Positions 6,821-14,167 of a DNA stretch of 15,336 nucleotides are shown here, in pieces. A model generated the notes under the pieces. It searched no databases and was not told the DNA's origin. It saw nothing but the letters and a program-made list of their open reading frames with translations. Location of the stretch: the UHGV virus genome UHGV-1739098. The stretch is one strand, 5' to 3'. A program made the translations under genes and the position numbers. The first letter of the stretch is position 1, and the number at the start of each line of letters is the position of its first letter. The stretch is from a virus.

Positions 6821-7020
6821 TGTGCGAGTTTTATGAAGAAGATATCAAACGCCCAGAAATGGCAAGTGATGCGACATTACGTGATTACTTCGCGGCAAAG
6901 GCTATGCAAGCAATGATTAGCAATCCATCGATTATCGATAATGATTCTGATGGAGCTGTTAATTATGCAGCAAGCGCTGCATATAAGTTTGCAGACGCAA
7001 TGCTCAAAGCTCGCGAATAA
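6817..7020 (+). CDS. Hypothetical 67-aa protein
   Basis: Translationally coupled (ATGA overlap) to the upstream ORF. No family recognised. Confidence 0.45.
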   Translation: MMCEFYEEDIKRPEMASDATLRDYFAAKAMQAMISNPSIIDNDSDGAVNYAASAAYKFADAMLKARE

Positions 7021-7115
7021 GCACTGTGTATTCATTCCAACGAGTGAATACACGGAGCAATGTCGCTCGTAACTAAACAGGAGCCGACTTGTTCTGATTA
7101 TTGGAAATCTTCTTT

Positions 7116-7142
7116 GCCCTCCAGTGTGAGGGCATTCTTTTT
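7116..7142 (+). terminator. Candidate intrinsic terminator immediately upstream of the 324-aa gene
   Basis: GCCCTC-cagtgt-GAGGGC stem-loop followed by attcttttt. Confidence 0.5.
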
Positions 7143-7155
7143 GCCTGGAGGAGAT

Positions 7156-8130
7156 ATGAGTAACGCATTGCAAATAAGCATTATTAAAACCGACGCTGGT
7201 AAATGTTTTATCACTGATTGCACAGCAAAGGACGGTTATCACTACCAGTACCATCAATCTAAAATTGCTGATCTCCTATTTGACGGAGTTAAACCCAAAG
7301 CCAGCTTTCACAAAAACTGGTTTGAAATTGAACATTACCCTGAAAAGGTTGAGAGAATTATCTCTGGTGAAAGAATTAATGTTCGCTACGAGCTTAAAGA
7401 TGCTGAACTTGAGAGTAAAAAATACCCTTTGACACTTAGTTACAATGAGCGTGACGCAGTGGACGAGGATATCAGAGGCTCTCTTTATGAATACAAATAC
7501 GATACTGCACCTGATTACACCTCTCCAGTTGATGTTGAATTCACATTAGTATGTGAGGTTGAAAATTTTCGTGACGCACCAGAATTTAATTACTCTGCAA
7601 TTAGGCAGGTTGAGTTCCGGGAGGAGAGGTACGTTGTAAAAAACATAAACGTAAAACACTCTCTTGTTGACTGCATCATAATTCCTGAGCCTTTGCGGGC
7701 TAACAGCCCTTGTGAAATTTCATCAAAAGAAATGTATGACATTGTACGCCAGCACGTAAAAGATAACATCGACAACAAACTGGCTAGAATAACAAGTGAT
7801 TACGCATTTTGCTTTACCGTTAAAAAAATAATACCGCTCCTTAAGCCTCACACATATTCATATCAGGATATTTTTGCCAGAACCAAGAAGCAAAGAGCAA
7901 AGTTGCACTTTAAGACTGACACGGTGAAGGAAATTGAAATTTTCCAAATGACACATGACCAAGAAAATTACAAAGGTTATACGGCGATTAAAGGGTTCAA
8001 AGCCAATAACGAATGGGAGCTAAAGGAAATGATTGATAACTTCCTTACGACGCTTATGGATACCATTCACGCGCCAATAGAGCAATGCTCATGCTGTGGC
8101 GGTACAGGCTACACGCAAGACATCAAATAG
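7156..8130 (+). CDS. Hypothetical 324-aa protein, AT-rich, insulated by terminators; function unknown
   Basis: Strong GGAGGA Shine-Dalgarno 4-9 nt before the ATG at 7156. The ORF track's upstream extension to 7060 runs through the terminator and is unlikely. Ends with a CSCCGGTGY motif. No recognisable catalytic motif. Confidence 0.6.
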   Translation: MSNALQISIIKTDAGKCFITDCTAKDGYHYQYHQSKIADLLFDGVKPKASFHKNWFEIEHYPEKVERIISGERINVRYELKDAELESKKYPLTLSYNERDAVDEDIRGSLYEYKYDTAPDYTSPVDVEFTLVCEVENFRDAPEFNYSAIRQVEFREERYVVKNINVKHSLVDCIIIPEPLRANSPCEISSKEMYDIVRQHVKDNIDNKLARITSDYAFCFTVKKIIPLLKPHTYSYQDIFARTKKQRAKLHFKTDTVKEIEIFQMTHDQENYKGYTAIKGFKANNEWELKEMIDNFLTTLMDTIHAPIEQCSCCGGTGYTQDIK

Positions 8131-8150
8131 CCGCCTGAGTGCGGCTTTTT
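8129..8150 (+). terminator. Intrinsic terminator after the 324-aa gene
   Basis: AGCCGC-ctgagt-GCGGCT followed by TTTT, starting at the stop codon. Confidence 0.6.
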
Positions 8151-8226
8151 CATACCAGCATATCAACAGAGATTCATTCGAGTCTCTTTCGCTATGACAA
8201 CAACATTCAACTTAAGGAACTTCCCC

Positions 8227-8361
8227 ATGATGCACTTTCAGCTCGCGGGTAGCGGCGTCATGTCCGCTTTCTACCCGCACGAATCTGAATTATCACGCCG
8301 AGTTAAACAATTAATCAGAGCAGCAAAGAAACAACTGGAGGCGTTATGCGCAATGAAATAG
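8227..8361 (+). CDS. cIII: CIII-like protein (candidate FtsH inhibitor), 44 aa
   Basis: MMHFQLAGSGVMSAFYPHESELSRRVKQLIRAAKKQLEAL resembles the lambda CIII core (AIAG ... PSESLLERITRKLR). AAGGA Shine-Dalgarno with 8-nt spacing. Lies just upstream of kil, as in lambda. Not in the ORF track (under 60 aa). Confidence 0.45.
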   Translation: MMHFQLAGSGVMSAFYPHESELSRRVKQLIRAAKKQLEALCAMK

Positions 8362-8498
8362 CCATCAATCACCAGATGCTTCGTGCAGCACAAAACAAAG
8401 CAGTAATAGCCAGATTTATTGGTGATTCCAAAATGTGGCTTGAAGCAAATAAAGCGATGAAATCAGCGATCAACATTCCGTGGTATCGCAGGAAATGA
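8346..8498 (+). CDS. kil: Kil-like protein (candidate host cell-division inhibitor), 50 aa
   Basis: GGAGG Shine-Dalgarno. The motif AVIARFIGDSKMWLEA resembles lambda Kil (IATFIGDEKMF) as I recall it. Position between cIII and the recombination genes fits. Confidence 0.5.
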   Translation: MRNEIAINHQMLRAAQNKAVIARFIGDSKMWLEANKAMKSAINIPWYRRK

Positions 8499-8602
8499 GT
8501 TTTACAGATAACTGGTCAGACGAAGAATTCATTCGTCAGATGAACAAAATGCTCAATCAGCACAAAGAACAGGAGAAAGATGATGATTCTGACTCTGAAT
8601 GA
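8495..8602 (+). CDS. Hypothetical 35-aa acidic peptide, coupled by ATGA overlap
   Basis: MSFTDNWSDEEFIRQMNKMLNQHKEQEKDDDSDSE. Overlaps kil at its start and the 103-aa ORF at its end. It may not be translated. Confidence 0.3.
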   Translation: MSFTDNWSDEEFIRQMNKMLNQHKEQEKDDDSDSE

Positions 8603-8891
8603 TAAGCGTGAAATATCGCAAATAATCGCAAGTTTTACTGATGAAGATTACGAACGAATCAACAGTGAAGTTGATCGCCTCTGCAAACGTTGCGACCCAA
8701 TAAGCGAAATGCTTCGCTCATATAAGCCAGATGAACACACTAAGGACGCTATCGACTGGCTGGAAGATGATGACTGTAACTATCAGGAAAAAGCCGCTGA
8801 ATGGTTCTGGGATGCAATAACAGAAAGAGTTAAGGCTGAATATGCCTTCGCAATATTCAAACGCAGACACATTTTTGGAGAAGCAGCATGA
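8580..8891 (+). CDS. Hypothetical 103-aa protein upstream of recT
   Basis: AGGAG Shine-Dalgarno. ATGA overlap with recT. Confidence 0.5.
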   Translation: MMILTLNDKREISQIIASFTDEDYERINSEVDRLCKRCDPISEMLRSYKPDEHTKDAIDWLEDDDCNYQEKAAEWFWDAITERVKAEYAFAIFKRRHIFGEAA

Positions 8892-9790
8892 GCAATATCG
8901 TTGAATTCGTTAAACAGCAAGAGCAGTTATTCTGCGGAGCATTGACTGAACAGACGGTGACATGGGCTAAGGAAAGCCAGTTTGCAATTCAGTATTTCCA
9001 GAAAAATGATTACCTGGCTAAAACGGCACTGGCAAATCCAACCAGCGCACAGAACGCCATCATCAATGTTGCGGCGATCGGCATCACCTTAAACCCGGCC
9101 AGCAAACTTGCTTATCTGGTTCCGCGCGACGGCATGGTGTGCCTTGATATCAGTTACATGGGATTACTTCATCTTGCGCAATCGACAGGATCAATTAAGT
9201 GGGGGCAATGCAAACTGGTGTACTCAAACGACACCTATGAATCAAATGGCCTTGATTCAGCACCAACCCACAAATACAACGCATTTGGTGAGCGAGGCTC
9301 TATTGTTGGAGGTTATTGCACGGTTAAAACAGCAGATGGTGACTACCTGACTGAAGAAATGAGTCTGGCAGAAATTAAAGCTGTGGAAGCAACGAGCAAG
9401 GCAAAGATTGGACCGTGGAAAACATTCTGGGAAGAGATGGCGCGTAAAACAATAGTTAAACGTGCCAGCAAATACTGGCCTAAAGCCCAGCGACTGGATA
9501 ATGCCATTCACCTGCTTAACGAAGATGAAGGTATGCATCAGGAACCAGTTATGCCGCACAAATCAGAGGAAGATATCCGCGAAGATGAACGGAAACGCCA
9601 GCAGGAAATAATGGATAAAGCACAACTTCTTTGTGATGAAATGGCTCAGGCAGAAAACATGGATGATTTGAAGCGATATTTTGCAGAAGCATATCGCCTG
9701 ACATCTGGAATGAAATTGCAGCAGAACGTACAAGCCATTTACATAGAATGCAAAGCGAAACTGGAGGTTGCTAGTGAGCAAACTGTATGA
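8888..9790 (+). CDS. recT: RecT-family single-strand annealing recombinase
   Basis: GPWKTFWEEMARKTIVKRASKYWP matches the conserved RecT segment GPWVTHWEEMAKKTAIRRLFKYLP of E. coli RecT. Size and position in the pL operon fit. Confidence 0.85.
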   Translation: MSNIVEFVKQQEQLFCGALTEQTVTWAKESQFAIQYFQKNDYLAKTALANPTSAQNAIINVAAIGITLNPASKLAYLVPRDGMVCLDISYMGLLHLAQSTGSIKWGQCKLVYSNDTYESNGLDSAPTHKYNAFGERGSIVGGYCTVKTADGDYLTEEMSLAEIKAVEATSKAKIGPWKTFWEEMARKTIVKRASKYWPKAQRLDNAIHLLNEDEGMHQEPVMPHKSEEDIREDERKRQQEIMDKAQLLCDEMAQAENMDDLKRYFAEAYRLTSGMKLQQNVQAIYIECKAKLEVASEQTV

Positions 9791-10256
9791 AATTGCCAAT
9801 GAATACGCAAAATTGATGGATTCAGATTTAGAACCAGAGATGATTGCTGACACAATAGAAGGCATGGAAGGAGAATTTACCGATAAAATAGAGCAACTTC
9901 TTGCCATTATTAAAAATGAATCTGGTTATGCTGAACGCCTCAAGGAAGAGGCAAAGTCACTAAATGAGCGAGCCGCAGTAATTCAAAATAAGATTAACAG
10001 CATTATGGCGTATATAGCGTCATCGCTTGAAATGGTTGGCAAGAAAAAGATTCGAGCAGGTATTCACCAGGTAACAATCCGCAAACCGTCAGAAACTGTA
10101 GAAATCTTCGACTCAAGCGCCCTTCCTCCTGAATACGTTGAGTTCGAAACGACAATTAAAGCCGACAAACTGGCAATCAAACAACAACTAAAAGCAGGAA
10201 TAAATATCCCCGGTGCTCAACTCAAAGTTGGGAAACCTTCACTTCTTATCAAATAA
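9774..10256 (+). CDS. Gp157-family protein (often found with RecT)
   Basis: N-terminal KLYEIANEYAKLMD ... IADTIEGMEGEF pattern and about 160 aa, typical of Sipho_Gp157 as I recall. Likely a GTG start at 9774 after GGAGG; the ORF track gives TTG at 9768. Confidence 0.6.
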   Translation: MSKLYEIANEYAKLMDSDLEPEMIADTIEGMEGEFTDKIEQLLAIIKNESGYAERLKEEAKSLNERAAVIQNKINSIMAYIASSLEMVGKKKIRAGIHQVTIRKPSETVEIFDSSALPPEYVEFETTIKADKLAIKQQLKAGINIPGAQLKVGKPSLLIK

Positions 10257-10267
10257 CGGTATCGCCT

Positions 10268-10582
10268 ATGAAAAAGACTCCATGGGAGAAATGGGAAGTC
10301 GATTTCTTGCGCGAAGTAGCGGCGACAATGCCAGTTGAAGTTATCGCTGAAAAACTGGAAAGGACTGAAAAAGCAGTAATGGCGAAAGCAACAAGGATTG
10401 GCGCTGACATTGTTAGCCGACTTCGTGGAAGACGATGGACAAGAGCCGAAGTATCACTTTTCGGTAAGTTCTCCGCAGAAGAAATAGCAATTGCAACCTG
10501 CCGCTCAATTTATTCAGTAAGGGCTATGCGATACAAGCTAAAAAAACTCGATGAAGAAAGAGCAGGCATACAAATAAATTAA
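10268..10582 (+). CDS. Hypothetical 104-aa protein with two tandem W-x-EV-containing helical repeats (possible DNA-binding)
   Basis: Repeat 1 [25 protein letters not shown] and repeat 2 [20 protein letters not shown]. Confidence 0.45.
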   Translation: MKKTPWEKWEVDFLREVAATMPVEVIAEKLERTEKAVMAKATRIGADIVSRLRGRRWTRAEVSLFGKFSAEEIAIATCRSIYSVRAMRYKLKKLDEERAGIQIN

Positions 10583-10598
10583 CAAAGAGGAATTTACC

Positions 10599-10763
10599 AT
10601 GAGAGGACTTGCATACAATCCCGGCATTCTTCCGGCAGAAATGATTATTCGCCAACGCGTAAAGCCAATGCCATCGAGAGAGGAATTGCTTAAGAGAAAT
10701 TCTTTTCCGTCAGTAAATCAAAACAAATATCTGAATGCGATGTTGCGGAGTGGGAAAAAATGA
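10599..10763 (+). CDS. Hypothetical 54-aa protein
   Basis: AAAGAGG Shine-Dalgarno 8 nt upstream. ATGA overlap with the next ORF. Not in the ORF track. Confidence 0.35.
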   Translation: MRGLAYNPGILPAEMIIRQRVKPMPSREELLKRNSFPSVNQNKYLNAMLRSGKK

Positions 10764-11389
10764 AACAAATGTCACTAATTGAGATGGATGGATTTCTGAA
10801 AGGTAAATGCATCCCACGAGATTTAAAGGTTAACGAAACAAACGCTGAATATCTGGTGCGTAAGTTCGGTGAACTTGAATCAAAACTAGAAACGGCGTTG
10901 CGGGAGTGTCGTTCTGCTGGAATCACGATTGATAACCTTGATGCCAAGTGCGCGGCGCTGGCAGCGGAGAGTGCGGTGATGAAGGCGGGACATTCATATT
11001 TCTCATATGGCTCTGAGCATAATTTCGAATGGCACAAAACTGCTGAGGAAGCTATCGAATCGGCTGAGGCTGCAATTGACGACTATCGCGGTGATGCTTG
11101 CGATGGATGGAGCGAAGAGGTCGATAGTATTTGCTGGGGAATCATCATGCAATCGTCAACGAATGTTGGCGAACGACCACGCAACGAGGATGACTGTTGC
11201 GATCCTGCGATCGATACGATTTGCGATTATGCGCTTCTGCCTAATATCGAAACCCCAGCCACCGATGCTTTTCTGGCTGAAGTACGGGCGCAGGGCGTGG
11301 AGATGTTTGCTGACCATCTGTTGTGCCCAGACCTTGATGACACTATCCGTGACTTTGCTGCCCAGCTTCGCAAAGGAGGCAACCAGTGA
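10760..11389 (+). CDS. Hypothetical 209-aa protein (ea-region)
   Basis: ORF-track ORF coupled to its neighbours on both sides. Acidic and Cys-containing. Confidence 0.5.
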   Translation: MKQMSLIEMDGFLKGKCIPRDLKVNETNAEYLVRKFGELESKLETALRECRSAGITIDNLDAKCAALAAESAVMKAGHSYFSYGSEHNFEWHKTAEEAIESAEAAIDDYRGDACDGWSEEVDSICWGIIMQSSTNVGERPRNEDDCCDPAIDTICDYALLPNIETPATDAFLAEVRAQGVEMFADHLLCPDLDDTIRDFAAQLRKGGNQ

Positions 11390-12138
11390 GCGAAATTAAT
11401 TACCAGGCACTGCGTGAGGCGGCGGAACATGCAATTCCAGCAATGGAACGCCTGTTAATGTTGCCAGCTGATGATGATTTGTTAACTGAACAGGAGCTTA
11501 AGGATTACGGTGTGGATATTGATGCGCTCAACGCCTTCAAATTTCTGACCGGACCAGAAACCGTGCTGGCATTACTGGATGAACGGGAAAGAAACCAGCA
11601 ATACATCAAATCACGCGACCAGGAGAACGAGGATATTGCGCTTACGGTTGGGAGGCTGCGCGTTGAGCTGGAAGGCAAAGACAGCAAAATAGCCAATCTT
11701 ACCGCCGAACGCGATGCTCTTCGTGAAGGTGAGATGGGCGACGCTAGGCATAGCAACACACGGGCCGCAGCTGATATCTACTTCCAACTGGTCGAGGAGT
11801 GCGAAATTCCTGCTGGCGGTTCTCTGGTCGAGTACGTTGACTATATGCGCGAGAAGCTGGAAGCCGCAGAGAAGCGCATTGCAGAACTGGAAAGCAACGA
11901 AGTCCGTGAAGTCGGAAATCAGTTTCTTGTTGTTCGCCATCCTGGGAAAACTCCTGTCATCAAGCACTGCACTGGTGACCTGGAAGAGTTTATGCGGAAG
12001 TTAATCGAACAAGACCCGTTAGTAACTATCGACATCATTACGCATCGCTATTACGGGATTGGCGGTCAATGGGTTCAGGATGCAGTTGAGTATCTGCATA
12101 TGATGTCTGACGCTGGCATTCGCATTAAAGGAGAGTGA
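11386..12138 (+). CDS. Ead/Ea22-like protein
   Basis: N-terminal INYQALREAAEHA ... TVLALLDERE pattern and a central coiled coil, resembling the Ead/Ea22-like proteins common in enterobacterial prophages. Confidence 0.55.
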   Translation: MSEINYQALREAAEHAIPAMERLLMLPADDDLLTEQELKDYGVDIDALNAFKFLTGPETVLALLDERERNQQYIKSRDQENEDIALTVGRLRVELEGKDSKIANLTAERDALREGEMGDARHSNTRAAADIYFQLVEECEIPAGGSLVEYVDYMREKLEAAEKRIAELESNEVREVGNQFLVVRHPGKTPVIKHCTGDLEEFMRKLIEQDPLVTIDIITHRYYGIGGQWVQDAVEYLHMMSDAGIRIKGE

Positions 12139-12139
12139 T

Positions 12140-12949
12140 ATGAGCGCTATAACCAAAGAACGTATTGAATTGTTCATTAAAAATCCGCTTGAAAACGGGC
12201 TTACCCGTGGTGAACAAATGGAACTGGCACGGATTGCGCTGGCATCGCTGGAAGCAGAGCCTGTGGCGTATATCATTCAGGACTCTGACGCTCGTAGTCG
12301 TGGAGAGAAAGGCATCCTTCGCTATTTCGCAAATATCAGCGACGAGGATATAAACGAGTACGAAATTACCGTAACTCCGCTTTACGCCGCCCCTCCAGAG
12401 ACGGTATCTGTGCCTGATGCGATGGAAATGGATGATGACTTTGACAGCGCGTTTGAACACGGAAAAGCTGTCGGATGGAACGCCTGCCGTGCAGCCATGC
12501 TCTATGGTGCCGTACATGCAAGCCAGGCTTACAAGTTGCCACAAACGCAGTTTAAACAGGTTGCTGACCTCTACGAAATGCAATTTGATGACGGTCGCAC
12601 TTGTACCTTTCACACTGATGCGCAAAAGGCTGTGCAATGGCTTCAGGCGTGCGACGGAAACAGGGTTCAGGAATACGTTAAGCTGGAACGATTGCAGAAC
12701 GCACTGTCTGGCAACTCTCCGGTAACTCCGGATGGTTGGATAAGCTGTAGTGAGCGAATGCCTGAAAAGGGCCAGAACGTGCTTATTTCGGTGAATTTCG
12801 ATAGCTCTCTGGTTGAACCGCTAATATGCTCCGCACGCTATACCGGAAGCACCTTTCGGCGCGGAGATGCAACGATTAAGCCGGGTAATGGTATTGAGCA
12901 AGCAACTCACTGGATGCCGCTACCAGAACCGCCGCAGGAGGTGAAGTAA
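12140..12949 (+). CDS. DUF551-domain protein
   Basis: The C-terminal WISCSERMPEKGQNVL ... THWMPLPEPP matches the DUF551 signature as I recall it. Confidence 0.55.
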   Translation: MSAITKERIELFIKNPLENGLTRGEQMELARIALASLEAEPVAYIIQDSDARSRGEKGILRYFANISDEDINEYEITVTPLYAAPPETVSVPDAMEMDDDFDSAFEHGKAVGWNACRAAMLYGAVHASQAYKLPQTQFKQVADLYEMQFDDGRTCTFHTDAQKAVQWLQACDGNRVQEYVKLERLQNALSGNSPVTPDGWISCSERMPEKGQNVLISVNFDSSLVEPLICSARYTGSTFRRGDATIKPGNGIEQATHWMPLPEPPQEVK

Positions 12950-13083
12950 TGGACTCCTTCGCGAAATATACAATTATTGACTGGATAGCCTTCCTTCAGG
13001 TTTTGCTCATCTGGTTTTATATGGCTTACAGGAGTGGACAGTGGATTGTCAGTGTAGCCTGTAGCAAGGGATGGCGTTGGTGA
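12949..13083 (+). CDS. Hypothetical 44-aa hydrophobic peptide
   Basis: TAATG overlap with the DUF551 gene stop; GGAGG 7 nt upstream. Translation MDSFAKYTIIDWIAFLQVLLIWFYMAYRSGQWIVSVACSKGWRW has one predicted transmembrane helix. Confidence 0.35.
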   Translation: MDSFAKYTIIDWIAFLQVLLIWFYMAYRSGQWIVSVACSKGWRW

Positions 13084-13223
13084 AACAGAAAGAATAAAAA
13101 AGCACTGGCATTGGATTCGTTTTACGAAGCATTCAATCTTAACAGCCTTCAGCCTGGTTCTGTCATTGTAGTCACCACTCAAAGCGGCATGACCATTCAG
13201 ATTCATAAACCAAAAGAGGAAAA

Positions 13224-13313
13224 ATGATGTGGCCTATATGTGTTAATTGCGGACGGATGTGCCTATCTGGATGGTGCCGAAAGTGCGACAAATGCACGAA
13301 GAAAAGACAATAA
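13224..13313 (+). CDS. Hypothetical 29-aa four-Cys-pair zinc-ribbon-like peptide
   Basis: AGAGGA Shine-Dalgarno. Translation MMWPICVNCGRMCLSGWCRKCDKCTKKRQ. Confidence 0.3.
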   Translation: MMWPICVNCGRMCLSGWCRKCDKCTKKRQ

Positions 13314-13385
13314 CAATCCTCGCACTCTCGGGGATTTCTTTTATCTGAACTCGCTACGGCGAGTTTTGTTTTATGGAGACAAGAA

Positions 13386-13730
13386 ATGTCAGATTTGGCT
13401 ATGAAGGTTTTGAAATGGCAATCGACTGGCGATGTAGGCATCAGTAGCGCAACTCTTGCCTCAATCGCATGTGGACTGAAAAAGAATATCTATGGTCATA
13501 GCTTCGGCGCTCCACATGACGCAGCCGATTTCCGACGATGCGTTGCACTTGTTGAGCAGATTCCAGAAATCAGAGATTCATTCGACAAGGTTGCAAAGCG
13601 CGTTCCGGCATTCAAAGGCATCCTCAACGAATGGGATTCCCTAGTTGCTCTGTTGAAGTCTGAAATGAAGATACACGGAAACAAAGCACCAGAGACTTAC
13701 AGAAGAATTAGCGAGTTACGCAAGGACTAA
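13386..13730 (+). CDS. Hypothetical 114-aa protein
   Basis: ORF-track ORF followed by a hairpin. Confidence 0.5.
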   Translation: MSDLAMKVLKWQSTGDVGISSATLASIACGLKKNIYGHSFGAPHDAADFRRCVALVEQIPEIRDSFDKVAKRVPAFKGILNEWDSLVALLKSEMKIHGNKAPETYRRISELRKD

Positions 13731-13734
13731 TCAC

Positions 13735-13756
13735 AGCCTCACACTCGATGAGGCCT
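13735..13756 (+). terminator. Candidate terminator or hairpin upstream of xis
   Basis: GCCTCA-cactcga-TGAGGC stem-loop followed by a moderately T-rich stretch. Confidence 0.35.
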
Positions 13757-13819
13757 GTTCATTTCTCAAGATATCCAGACCTACCGCAATAATACCAATC
13801 CAATAAATGGAGATTCCAG

Positions 13820-14167
13820 GTGGAAGAAGAAATCTTCACTCGTGAAGAGGCAGCGTCGTATCTGAAGGTAGACAAAGGCACTATCACGCAGTGGATACGA
13901 AGTGGACGACTTCAGGCCGCAAAGATAAATCCAGATAAACCTAAAAGCCCATATCGCATTTGCAAGTCAGACTGCATTGCGGCGCTTAAGTCTGTGAGAC
14001 ACAATAGCGCGGTGAATGCGGTTGATGTGCAGGAGGTTAAAGCATGTCAATCAAACTACGCGGTGGCACGTGGCACTGCGATTTCGTCGCGCCAGATGGA
14101 TCAAGAATTAGACGCTCTCTTGAAACATCGGACAAAAGGCAAGCGCAAGAACTTCACGATCGTCTGA
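13820..14167 (+). CDS. xis: Excisionase-like HTH protein
   Basis: GTG start after GGAG. The segment FTREEAASYLKVDKGTITQWIRSGRL is typical of excisionase/AlpA-type HTH proteins. Immediately upstream of int, overlapping it by about 124 nt in another frame. Confidence 0.6.
   Translation: MEEEIFTREEAASYLKVDKGTITQWIRSGRLQAAKINPDKPKSPYRICKSDCIAALKSVRHNSAVNAVDVQEVKACQSNYAVARGTAISSRQMDQELDALLKHRTKGKRKNFTIV

Noticed and set aside
7060-7155. Upstream extension of the 324-aa ORF to an ATG at 7060
   Set aside because: The extension runs through the terminator hairpin at 7116-7142, and the in-frame ATG at 7156 has a near-consensus ribosome-binding site.
6877-7257. Minus-strand 126-aa ORF spanning the 67-aa gene and the 324-aa gene start
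   Set aside because: It crosses two terminators and an intergenic region and is antisense to the operon.
9108-9907. ORFs of 80 aa (plus) and 100 and 114 aa (minus) inside recT and the Gp157-like gene
   Set aside because: They are shadow frames of genes with strong family signatures.
10690-11430. ORFs of 115 and 67 aa (minus) and 130 aa (plus) overlapping the 209-aa gene
   Set aside because: The 209-aa frame is translationally coupled to both neighbours; the others lack start signals.
11505-12637. Antisense and alternative-frame ORFs within the Ead/Ea22 and DUF551 genes
   Set aside because: They are low-complexity Ser/Leu/Arg-rich translations typical of non-coding frames.
12907-13441. Minus-strand ORFs of 99 and 89 aa between the DUF551 gene and the 114-aa gene
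   Set aside because: They are antisense to the operon and overlap two plus-strand small ORFs that have ribosome-binding sites. I cannot exclude them entirely, but nothing supports them.
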